Below, in pieces: positions 11,483-22,965 of a DNA stretch of 33,255 nt; position 1 is the stretch's first letter; each line of letters opens with the position of its first letter. Both the position numbers and the translations under genes were made by a program. Source of the stretch: Octopus bimaculoides (Eukaryota). The stretch is from the NCBI RefSeq assembly GCF_001194135.2, contig NC_068981.1, positions 184,973,866 to 185,007,120 on the forward strand. Direction: 5' to 3'. A model generated the notes under the pieces. The model saw only the letters and a program-made list of their open reading frames with translations. It was not told the DNA's origin and did no database searches.

Positions 11483-14139
11483 TGCGTGCGATGGGGTATG
11501 CACACGCGTGCGTTTATGCGTCACTTGGAATTCAGATGACGGATATATAATTTTGAACCGATAGTGTAACGCCATTACAGAAGACATCTCTACTACAAGC
11601 AGTTCCATAGAATACTATACGAGTCAAAAACCTAACTTCCACCGAACAGTCTACTAAGAGACTTAGTTTGAAAGTCATTTTTTCCCTCCTACTTCGTCTT
11701 CGTTAACAATCCTTACAGTAGCAGCATTCATATTTATTATGCTGGTGAGGTAACGATGAATATCACACAGTAGTTCTAATACAGAAAAGATGAGGAGAAA
11801 TTTAATACATCATTTAACTAGACCTAATAAATAACATGTTAATTAAACTATATTGAATATATTTTTTTCTTTTATTATTACAGTTTTATGAAATTGCATT
11901 CTCTTCAACTCAAATCCTCTCTTTCTCTGGTTTAAACAACATACTTATCTCTCTATGTCTCTCTATCGCTATTTCATACATATTAGTATCCTTTACTCAT
12001 TTATTTGCCTTTTATTTCTGCTTCTGTTGCTTTGCCTTCTGTTGTTGTTCTTTGGTTAGTTTCGGCCTACTACCTTCAATTGAACGGAACATTATTTAAA
12101 TCACGCGCTACGGCCATTTTTCTTGAGCTATTTGCGAGACATGAAGTGCAGTTAAAAAACAAAAACGAATGATAAAATACTANNNNNNNNNNNNNNNNNN
12201 NNNNNNNNNNNNNNNNNNNNNNNNNNNNNNNNNNNNNNNNNNNNNNNNNNNNNNNNNNNNNNNNNNNNNNNNNNNNNNNNNNNNNNNNNNNNNNNNNNNN
12301 NNNNNNNNNNNNNNNNNNNNNNNNNNNNNNNNNNNNNNNNNNNNNNNNNNNNNNNNNNNNNNNNNNNNNNNNNNNNNNNNNNNNNNNNNNNNNNNNNNNN
12401 NNNNNNNNNNNNNNNNNNNNNNNNNNNNNNNNNNNNNNNNNNNNNNNNNNNNNNNNNNNNNNNNNNNNNNNNNNNNNNNNNNNNNNNNNNNNNNNNNNNN
12501 NNNNNNNNNNNNNNNNNNNNNNNNNNNNNNNNNNNNNNNNNNNNNNNNNNNNNNNNNNNNNNNNNNNNNNNNNNNNNNNNNNNNNNNNNNNNNNNNNNNN
12601 NNNNNNNNNNNNNNNNNNNNNNNNNNNNNNNNNNNNNNNNNNNNNNNNNNNNNNNNNNNNNNNNNNNNNNNNNNNNNNNNNNNNNNNNNNNNNNNNNNNN
12701 NNNNNNNNNNNNNNNNNNNNNNNNNNNNNNNNNNNNNNNNNNNNNNNNNNNNNNNNNNNNNNNNNNNNNNNNNNNNNNNNNNNNNNNNNNNNNNNNNNNN
12801 NNNNNNNNNNNNNNNNNNNNNNNNNNNNNNNNNNNNNNNNNNNNNNNNNNNNNNNNNNNNNNNNNNNNNNNNNNNNNNNNNNNNNNNNNNNNNNNNNNNN
12901 NNNNNNNNNNNNNNNNNNNNNNNNNNNNNNNNNNNNNNNNNNNNNNNNNNNNNNNNNNNNNNNNNNNNNNNNNNNNNNNNNNNNNNNNNNNNNNNNNNNN
13001 NNNNNNNNNNNNNNNNNNNNNNNNNNNNNNNNNNNNNNNNNNNNNNNNNNNNNNNNNNNNNNNNNNNTATATATATATATATATATGTACCGTTTGTGTT
13101 CGGACATATATGTACACATACAAATATATACAAATATATGTTTATGTGCGAGAGAGGGAGAGAAACAAGAAGAGAGAAAGAGAAAGAGAGAAAGAAAGAG
13201 AGGAGAGAATTAATGGAATTTAAGGAAGTGAGCATCAATGTTTTAAACTATTGTACCAAACAAGAAAATGAGAATTAAAATATAAATAAGAACGCCAAAT
13301 GCTATGTGTAAAAGACCAGTAAACCGTCTTATTAAATTTATTGAACTATTCTGGCCGAAAGCAAATCGGCGTCACCTATACGAATAATGCAGAGCAAAAC
13401 ACACACACACACATACACATACACACACACATATAAACATACACACACACACATATAAACATACACACACTTATATATATATANNNNNNNNNNNNNNNNN
13501 NNNNNNNNNNNNNNNNNNNNNNNNNNNNNNNNNNNNNNNNNNNNNNNNNNNNNNNNNNNNNNNNNNNNNNNNNNNNNNNNNNNNNNNNNNNNNNNNNNNN
13601 NNNNNNNNNNNNNNNNNNNNNNNNNNNNNNNNNNNNNNNNNNNNNNNNNNNNNNNNNNNNNNNNNNNNNNNNNNNNNNNNNNNNNNNNNNNNNNNNNNNN
13701 NNNNNNNNNNNNNNNNNNNNNNNNNNNNNNNNNNNNNNNNNNNNNNNNNNNNNNNNNNNNNNNNNNNNNNNNNNNNNNNNNNNNNNNNNNNNNNNNNNNN
13801 NNNNNNNNNNNNNNNNNNNNNNNNNNNNNNNNNNNNNNNNNNNNNNNNNNNNNNNNNNNNNNNNNNNNNNNNNNNNNNNNNNNNNNNNNNNNNNNNNNNN
13901 NNNNNNNNNNNNNNNNNNNNNNNNNNNNNNNNNNNNNNNNNNNNNNNNNNNNNNNNNNNNNNNNNNNNNNNNNNNNNNNNNNNNNNNNNNNNNNNNNNNN
14001 NNNNNNNNNNNNNNNNNNNNNNNNNNNNNNNNNNNNNNNNNNNNNNNNNNNNNNNNNNNNNNNNNNNNNNNNNNNNNNNNNNNNNNNNNNNNNNNNNNNN
14101 NNNNNNNNNNNNNNNNNNNNNNNNNNNNNNNNNNNNNNN

Positions 14140-14186
<47 letters not shown>

Positions 14187-14221
14187 TAAACTATATATGC
14201 GTATATATATATAAATATATG

Positions 14222-14257
<36 letters not shown>

Positions 14258-14942
14258 AATATATATGTATATCTATATATGTATATATATATATAAGTTT
14301 ATATGTATATACACACATTCACAAATAGATATATATACATACATACATACACAGTCACACGCACATGCGGGTGAGCGTGCACACACACACATCAAAACGT
14401 ATACACTTATATACATTTGTGGAAGGAGACATAAAAGAAATTATAATAGAACGGAAAGAATGCATCTTAGAATTTGCTACTTAATTTGAAGTTGAAAGAA
14501 AAACGTAAAAGTTAGAGAACGAAAATGAGTGAGAAAGTTTACACGTTGCAAAATGTAAAATAAATGAAGAAAGAAAGACTTTCATGTTAAAATGGATAAC
14601 TCTGAAATAATGAACAAAATAAAAAAAAAAAAATTCAAGAAATATAAATTACACAAAAAGAAACTAGACTATAGCGAAGTAACAATACTTCATCAATAAA
14701 GATTATTTGATTTCGGTTGAGAAATTTATTGGTATACGAACATCAAATGGATATTAAATAGAAATAATGATCTTAACTTTAAATTAGAGATACGTATTTC
14801 CTATTGGCAATGGAAACATTCCTGTTTCGAATCACCCAACTCTATGAAAAACTTATATAATTCTGCTAATTTGCTAATAAGCTTCGAATTTCGAGATGAG
14901 GAAGGTTTAAATATTTTCTGACAATATGATAGCCTCTATTTA

Positions 14943-15158
14943 AGGTGGCGAGCGGGTAGAATTTTTAACATACCTGACTAAATGCTTAACAGTGTTACGT
15001 CTGTGCTTACGTTGTGAGTCCGAATTCCGCCGAGGTCGACTTTGCTTTTCAGCCTTTCGGGATCGATAAAATAACTACCTGTTGAATACTCAGGTTGATG
15101 CAATTGACTATCCGCGTCCCAGTAAAATTTCAGGCCTTGTGCCTATAGTAGAAGGTAT
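14943..15158 (+). mobile_element. SINE family C, diverged full-length copy
   Basis: AGGTGGCGAGCGGG...CCGCCGAGGTCGACTTTGC...GGCCTTGTGCCTATAGTAGAA. Confidence 0.85.
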
Positions 15159-15269
15159 TATTTCATATGGCTTCTCTATAAAACTAGTTCTGTGGGCACG
15201 GATCATAAGTCATACAGGACAAGAAGAGGACTTCTTGGTGCCATAGAACTATGAAAGAAGGAACCTCTG

Positions 15270-15448
15270 GGTGGTCGTTCGAGTTTCGAAAAATAGCAGC
15301 TAAATCCCCTTCAAATCACATCGTCTAAGTAATAAAAAATAAAGAAGTGAGTACATTGAATGTAAAGATACTGTGCATGGGAAAATGGGATGGTCACGGC
15401 CGGAACACCTTTGACAAATGTTTGCTCGATCAGAAGGGATATAAGGCT

Positions 15449-15482
<34 letters not shown>

Positions 15483-15492
15483 GACAACAATA
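15270..15492 (+). mobile_element. Probable retroposon 3' segment ending in a (CAG)n/(CAA) tail
   Basis: It ends GGCTAAG(CAG)n. Its first part (AATAGCAGCTAAATCCCCTTCAAATCAC) weakly resembles 22150-22190. Family assignment is inference. Confidence 0.45.
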
Positions 15493-16337
15493 GCCGATAC
15501 ATTATACTACTGGCACGCAGTTGCTTCCCCTTGAACTCCGAAATAAGCACGTCCTCTATCTTACACCCCTAAAACAGCCTCGAATCAGATCTTCCTTTCC
15601 GATAGAGAATCTCCACCGATCATTAAAACTCCAAAGGAAACATTAACCAAACTAATGTTTGATCCAATAAAGTCTGTGGAGAAAACAAAACTAACGTTTG
15701 GTTCTGTGGAGAGAGAGAAAACGCAGGAGAGAGAGAGTTGGTGGCGGGAGAGAGAGAAGGATCTTTCTATTATAAATGAAAACATCAAAGAAATATCATT
15801 TCTAAGCAAATGTCTAATGTTCTCTGTCAGGCATCAACGCTTCACTGACAATGTTAGAAGAGTTCACAGAAAATAAATTATACATGACGTATATCTATTC
15901 CATTTTACCAGAGCCCTGACTTAAAACAAGTTGGCAATTCAGTCATTGTCATAATGATATTTTTTTCTACTTGGCATATTTCCCTTAATACTATAGCTCT
16001 TTGGCTGTTTTCGAACCTAGCGCTGCTGCCAATTGCCTCACCATGCTAATCACAGATAGAAATAAATACTAATAGAATATTAAAATATGGTAGACGGTTC
16101 GTTAAAACGACAGTCAGTTTATCCCTAAACCTAACATTTTATTTGTATCAATGTTAAAGGTGGTTTTATTTTCTGAAGTTAGACAAAAGAAGAAGAATAT
16201 TAGTCATATCTTTCATAGATTTTCGTAAATAAGTGAAATGGACGCAGTTGGTGTCTAGCTTAAAACCTGAACAGAGTGGCAACGGTCTGGTCTGGCTTGC
16301 AACAAAATTAACTAATGAAGACCCAACAAATGTCCAT

Positions 16338-16505
16338 AGGCGAGGGGTGGTTGTGTACTAAGAAGTTTTCTTCCCAACCATATCGTTCCCGGTTCAGTCC
16401 TACTGCGTGGTACCTTGGGCATATGTTTTCTACTATAGCCTCGGTCCAACCAAAGTTTTGTGAGTGGATCTGGTAGACAGAAACTGACAGAAACCTGTCA
16501 TATAT
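16338..16505 (+). mobile_element. SINE family A, 5' module
   Basis: CCCGGTTCAGTCCTACTGCGTGGTACCTTGGGC...TACTATAGCCTCGG...GGTAGACAGAAACTGA. Confidence 0.85.
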
Positions 16506-16699
16506 GTGGCACCAAGAAGAACACGTGTGTTTAAAGAGATAATCGAAAGCGTTCACACACACTCGAAAGAAATTTCATCAAAAATGTTTAGTGACGTTCT
16601 GAGAAAGAATTTACAACTTTCTTAAGAAAAAAAAACTTTTTAAAGAAATCTTTTTTATACTTAGTAAAACTGTCAAATAATTTTCACAAAGATTATTAA

Positions 16700-16732
<33 letters not shown>

Positions 16733-16965
16733 ATGCTAATCAGGCAACCTAATGTTCATGCTAATCTTGAACAAAATACAAGTCGGTAAGACTCAGTCCA
16801 AAATATTCTAGAATCAGACTAATGTATTTTTTGTCAGTGCTACGAAGGGAAGTGCTATTGGTGTGTAAATAGTCTTCATAAGTTTTGAGACGATAAGTTC
16901 TTGCTTAAATAATTTTTGTCGTGTCAAGTATCAATTACATACGAGATGATATATAAATAGCCAGC

Positions 16966-17115
16966 ATCAAATGGACTATTGTCAACAGAGCGCCACCATA
17001 TTCACTCTGTGACTCCAACTGGCAGCTCTGTCTCCACGAAACACTGTGTATCCTACAACCTGCAGAATCCATCAACAACAAATACAATTTATTGTATTGC
17101 TGTCACCAGAGATAA
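16966..17115 (+). pseudogene. Penelope-like element endonuclease C-terminal fragment (third PLE), absent from the ORF track
   Basis: An open frame reads IKWTIVNRAPPYSLCDSNWQLCLHETLCILQPAESINNKYNLLYCCHQR*, matching the IKWSI..RA.PY...CxLCxxE...NK...CxH pattern. A degenerate upstream part may extend to about 16790. Confidence 0.7.
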
Positions 17116-17325
17116 GCCCTTTTGGCAAATTTCAGGCCTCTCACTGGTGACAACCCGGATATACCACCATAGCACAAGCTGGTACTTTGCACCGCCTGCA
17201 CCAACGTTACTGCTACCAAAGAACCCCATGCGCAGGACCGCCATTTTCTATCCGCGTGGGAGATGAACCCACATCCCTTTATTAACGTCACTAAATGTAT
17301 TACCTTTTCACCATATATGTCCGTA

Positions 17326-17393
<68 letters not shown>

Positions 17394-18732
17394 TGTATAT
17401 GTTTAAAACATGTAAATACATTTTTCTCTCACTCTCTTTATACACACAAACACATATGCAACAAATATATATGTAGTATCGTATATATATAACTTAGAAT
17501 GTGGGACTGTGTGTCTGTCTGTCTGTATGTGTGAATCCAAAAACTTGGGACCTAACCAACAGATTTCATTCAAATTTTACATATGCATTACTTAGGCTCC
17601 ATGTAGTTTAATGGGCTTAAAAAATTCAAGTTCTTGCCGAATGCGGGACCGGTGCAATGTTTTAGACTGTTTTGGTATTATGTGTCAAAACTGAATATTG
17701 TTTCACTTTTATTCTTTCACTTTTAATTCTAATGTAATAACACTAAGTCCAAGGTATATAAAAATACACATTTACTGTTCAATTACCAGTTAATAATTAT
17801 CGCAGAAGTTGCAAGGTTGCATTGCAAGGTATTTACAATACGTATTAACCCTTAAATTAATATTTAATACATGTGCGTAATATCTATATATTAAGAAACT
17901 TATCTATAATAATTGTGGCATTTACCGTTAAATTAGCTGTTCGTACATGTGCTTCTATTTGGTTTATGTATATATATATCAAACGGCTCCTCCAAATCAA
18001 ATAAAATTTTACAAGGTAATAGTATCATACCCCATAAGTATCAGCATGTAATTGTTTTTTCATTTCGATTAAAACAATATAACATTTTATAGAGATAATC
18101 TTTCTATATTCAAATATATTACAAGACATTTTATACGACGATGATGACAACAACGACGAAGGAGACGACTACAGAGTCACATTATGTATGAGTGTTAGTG
18201 TATGGGTGTGTATGTCTCTGTGACTGTGTGTGCGTTTCCGCGTTGAGTACGTTATTAAACATACACACATCTATACATATACATATGTGACGACTAGAAT
18301 ATATGTCTGTATGTATCTCTCTTACTATATGTAAGTGACTGTATGTGAGAGTGTATGTGTGTGTATCGTCACATTTTGTATATGAATGTGTATGTGTCTG
18401 TGAGTGTGTGGATATTTGCGCGTTACGTTACGTACGTTATTAAACACACACACATATCTACACATACATATACATATGTGATGAGAACGGTTGGAGGTGA
18501 AATTCTTCACACAAAAAAACCAATTAGGTGGCACGGCCAAGATATATAAAAATATCCATCTACCATTCAATTACCAGTTCATATTAGCACAGCAGTTGCA
18601 AGTTTGCAAGGTATTTACAATTTGCTTATATTTGGTTAATTTACACTGCATACAAATATATAGACGTACTACATACACACAACTGCTTACAAAAATAGAG
18701 ATTAATGTATAGTTTTTTCTATGTTCATAATA

Positions 18733-18859
18733 CAGGGTGTCCACAAAGTCTGGGTACATGGGGATTAACACATACTTTAAGAAATTACTATTTCTTATAT
18801 TTAATTGTTTATGTTATGATTTTATTTACTCCATGTACCCAGACCTTGTGGACACCCTG
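18733..18859. mobile_element. Tc1/mariner-type MITE (127 bp) nested in the Helitron
   Basis: 29-bp TIR CAGGGTGTCCACAAAGTCTGGGTACATGG matches the reverse complement of 18831-18859 at 28/29. TA is present on the left. Confidence 0.9.
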
Positions 18860-18888
18860 TTTATTGATAACAGTATTGAAAAACAAAT

Positions 18889-19560
18889 ATGCCCCCAAAG
18901 GAAAAAAAAAACGTAATCTCACCAGAAACACCTATCAAGGAAGGAGGATTGCAGAAAACCGAAGGCGAGAGTCTCAAGAGATAAGGGACATGAAACTTTC
19001 TCAAGATTAGCAAAGGCATGCTCCAATACGTCAGATGGAGTCTCAAGACAGAAGGAAGATGAGAATTTCTCAAGATCAACAAAGGCATGCTTCAGCACAT
19101 CTAATAGAGTCTCAAGAGAGAAAGGAGATGAGATTTCTTCAAAATCAGCAAGGTCAGGCTGCAGCACATCAGATGGAGTCTTAAGACAGAAGGGAGATGA
19201 GACTCTGCTAAGATCATCAAAGGCATGCTGCAGCACGTCGGGTGGAGTCTCAAGAGAGAAGGGAGATGAGACTTTCCTAAGATCAGGAAAGACATACTGC
19301 AGCACTTAATACTGAATCATTAAAACAACGTTTAGCACGCCAGATTAGACAAAGACCCAAAAGAATAGGTCTCAGAACCAGACTACGTGCAAATTTGTCA
19401 TTCGTAACTCCCGGAGCTAATTTCAGATATGATCCATCCCATTTTTGTAGAAATTGTAATTCTGTCCAAATTGGTGAGCTAAACTCAAATTGTCATTTCT
19501 GCAAAGCTTTAAAATTTACTCCACAAATGTTTTGTCGTCAATGCTGCACTTTCCCGTATC
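18889..19560 (+). pseudogene. Helitron Rep/Hel N-terminus: five 23-aa STPR-like repeats plus a Cys-rich motif
   Basis: 69-bp units start at 18969, 19038, 19107, 19176 and 19245 (ESQERREMRLSQDQQRHAAA..). They continue in frame into FRYDPS...VQIGELNSNCHFCKALKF...CC, matching the Helitron FxYDP...IG.M...CxxCxAxKF...CC segment. There is a frameshift in the poly-A near 18900 and in-frame stops. Confidence 0.82.
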
Positions 19561-20130
19561 ACCTGTTTCAACATAACTGTAATATATATAAACACACCCA
19601 AACAATGCCATTTTAATACCGAACAACGCCGGGTATCTCTGCTTGTATTATATATAGACAAACACACTCACACATACAAACTTGCATACATAAATGCACA
19701 CACATACATACCCACACATGCACACATACATACATACATATACTTACATACATACATNNNNNNNNNNNNNNNNNNNNNNNNNNNNNNNNNNNNNNNNNNN
19801 NNNNNNNNNNNNNNNNNNNNNNNNNNNNNNNNNNNNNNNNNNNNNNNNNNNNNNNNNNNNNNNNNNNNNNNNNNNNNNNNNNNNNNNNNNNNNNNNNNNN
19901 NNNNNNNNNNNNNNNNNNNNNNNNNNNNNNNNNNNNNNNNNNNNNNNNNNNNNNGTATATATATGTATATATATATGTATAAATATATATATATATATAT
20001 GTATATATGTGTATATATATGTGTGTATATATGTATATGTATATATATGAGTATATGTATATATGCATATATATGTATGTATATATATATATGTATATAA
20101 ATGTGTATATATATATATGTATACACATAC

Positions 20131-20183
<53 letters not shown>

Positions 20184-20597
20184 AATATATATATATATAA
20201 ATATATATACATATATATATATATATATACATATATACACAAAGATACAGTATAACTAATTTTCGATTGATTGATTAAATTAATGCCGGTGAAGATAAAT
20301 AATAATCATTACATTTTCGACATTTGAAAGTTATTTTTTTTTATATGTTTATTTGATCAACTTCGATAGAAATCATGTAACAATCGATAAGAAATATGAT
20401 GTAATATATCTGAAGTAGCAGCCATTCAAGTAGACACGAAAGGAGTCGGGGTTACAAGGAAGAGGGTGAAGCGACGTCGGTTAAGAATTGCGAGAATGAG
20501 TAATCCAGCCCAAAATAAAGACAAGTCTTGAATTATATACGTTTTGTTTGTGCGTGTAGGTATATGTGTGTGGGTGGTGGTGGCGGTATGTACGTGT

Positions 20598-20630
<33 letters not shown>

Positions 20631-22221
20631 ATTTATATACATATATATACATAAGCCCTTATATATATGCATTTATATAATATATATTCNNNNNNNNNNN
20701 NNNNNNNNNNNNNNNNNNNNNNNNNNNNNNNNNNNNNNNNNNNNNNNNNNNNNNNNNNNNNNNNNNNNNNNNNNNNNNNNNNNNNNNNNNNNNNNNNNNN
20801 NNNNNNNNNNNNNNNNNNNNNNNNNNNNNNNNNNNNNNNNNNNNNNNNNNNNNNNNNNNNNNNNNNNNNNNNNNNNNNNNNNNNNNNNNNNNNNNNNNNN
20901 NNNNNNNNNNNNNNNNNNNNNNNNNNNNNNNNNNNNNNNNNNNNNNNNNNNNNNNNNNNNNNNNNNNNNNNNNNNNNNNNNNNNNNNNNNNNNNNNNNNN
21001 NNNNNNNNNNNNNNNNNNNNNNNNNNNNNNNNNNNNNNNNNNNNNNNNNNNNNNNNNNNNNNNNNNNNNNNNNNNNNNNNNNNNNNNNNNNNNNNNNNNN
21101 NNNNNNNNNNNNNNNNNNNNNNNNNNNNNNNNNNNNNNNNNNNNNNNNNNNNNNNNNNNNNNNNNNNNNNNNNNNNNNNNNNNNNNNNNNNNNNNNNNNN
21201 NNNNNNNNNNNNNNNNNNNNNNNNNNNNNNNNNNNNNNNNNNNNNNNNNNNNNNNNNNNNNNNNNNNNNNNNNNNNNNNNNNNNNNNNNNNNNNNNNNNN
21301 NNNNNNNNNNNNNNNNNNNNNNNNNNNNNNNNNNNNNNNNNNNNNNNNNNNNNNNNNNNNNNNNNNNNNNNNNNNNNNNNNNNNNNNNNNNNNNNNNNNN
21401 NNNNNNNNNNNNNNNNNNNNNNNNNNNNNNNNNNNNNNNNNNNNNNNNNNNNNNNNNNNNNNNNNNNNNNNNNNNNNNNNNNGGATACATATATACATAT
21501 GAGTAAGTGTGTGTATGTGCGTCTATGTATGAACTGTAGTTTTGGTGGCTTTAGCATTACAATTATTTTCGTGCAGCGAAGTAAAAGATATTAATATAGA
21601 ATTTGGTCAGACATCGAATATTGTTTTTTTTTATACTATGTAATGTTTTGTTTTTTAGTTGAAAAAAAATCCATGTTGTTTGTTTGTTTGCAAATGTATT
21701 TTTGTTAGGTTTCTCTGTTTAAGATCTCTGCCATATGAAGAAGATATGTTTTTGTGTCAGGTAGAATGGCAAAACTTAAGCGGAAGTGATATTCACCATG
21801 GGAGCTGAGAGAATAGGAAGCCATTATATTAACGGTAAGAGACACAGGGAAAAAACAACAACAAAAAAACGCTGTTTATGAGTATGTGGGTGCACTGTGT
21901 TGCTGAGAGAGTCTTTGACAAAAATGTGAGTTTTGATATGAGGTCCAGGAGGATTTTTGTGTAAGTATCAGGATAGTAAATACGGAAAAATTCTGGTAAT
22001 GTAGGTCATTCATTGGCTTTCGCTCAGATTATTAACTGAGCTGAAGGATTTTCTAGCATTAAAGAATAAAACTCGCTTATGAGGAAGAGAGCAGTTTTAG
22101 TAATATCATACCTGTATATTCACCTGACAGATCCCGTTAGTGGTTGCGTGATCCGCTATCAACAGTAGCCAGGTCTTCCTCAAACCATACGTTACTGTTA
22201 TTTAAGGGAAAAGAACCGACT

Positions 22222-22261
22222 CGGAAATTATTATCCTAGGTACGGAAATTATTATCCTAGG
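22222..22261 (+). repeat. 21-bp-period direct repeat
   Basis: CGGAAATTATTATCCTAGG at 22222 and 22243. Confidence 0.9.
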
Positions 22262-22565
22262 AACGAACTAGATTTTTGGTTTGTATATAAGTGTGAACAT
22301 TTGTATATGCACTATGGATACGTTGTGTTCGTATCGTATGTATAAATGTTTATAATTATGTACTTTCGGTTCTGTCACACTGAGGATCGTAGAGTGTAAT
22401 ACATCACTTAACCTGAAATTCATCGATATATGACTAAACTTTTTCAAAGTATCTTTTTTGTCCATTCCCTCGCTTTTATACGTCGAGGGTATGAAAAAAA
22501 CGTCCATGAACAATAATCTATTCGCGTCGAAGTTTGTAGGCTTTTCAATACATTACGTGAAAACG

Positions 22566-22567
22566 TG

Positions 22568-22634
<67 letters not shown>

Positions 22635-22635
22635 C

Positions 22636-22681
<46 letters not shown>
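22566..22681. repeat. (TCTA)n, the tail of the adjacent minus-strand SINE
   Basis: It directly abuts the SINE 3' end. Confidence 0.9.
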
Positions 22682-22965
22682 GACCTGATCACGTGATCGA
22701 CCAGATTATTGGATGTTGTTATACGTCGCTGGTCACAATGCGCTTTGCATAGTTTTAGCGTTCGAATAATACCACCACGCTGACCAGATGCGCAGGCCAA
22801 CATTGCCCTTAATCGGAAGACTACCATTGCAGGGTTACCTATTTACAACCGGGCGGACTGAAGCAGCGTGAAATGAAGTCTTTTGCTCAAAAACACAACA
22901 CACAGCTGGTCTGGGAATGGAAACTGCGATTCTGAGAACGTGAGTGCAGTACTCTTGACCAGCAG
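22682..22965 (-). mobile_element. tRNA-derived SINE sharing the CORE-like centre of family D but with a different tail
   Basis: Reverse complement TTGTGTTTTTGAGCAAAAGACTTCATTTCACGCTGCTTCAGTCC resembles 32308-32352 (ATGTGTCCATCAGACAGATACTTCGTTTCACGTTGCTTCAGTTC). Confidence 0.7.

Larger units (their letters stand above)
17479..19645 (+). mobile_element. Internally deleted Helitron
   Basis: The 5' end is A|TC...AACTTAGAATGTGGGACTGTGTGTCTGTCTG followed by a GATTTCATTCAAATTTTAC motif typical of Helitron left ends. The 3' end has an imperfect hairpin ATACCG..CGGGTAT followed by CTTG|T (consensus CTRR|T). It contains the N-terminal Rep/Hel-type ORF. The 5' boundary is less certain. Confidence 0.72.

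Noticed and set aside
15580-15876. Purine-rich plus-strand open frame (FDPIKSVEK...)
   Set aside because: It is partly GA low-complexity and has no family signature.
17256-17272. GTGGG-TTCATCT-CCCAC hairpin on the minus strand, resembling a tRNA T-arm
   Set aside because: No acceptor, D or anticodon arms are present. It lies in the probable PLE 3' region.
18969-19313. Regularly spaced 69-bp repeats as a possible CRISPR-like array
   Set aside because: There are no unique spacers. The units are codon-preserving protein repeats in a Helitron ORF, in eukaryotic DNA.
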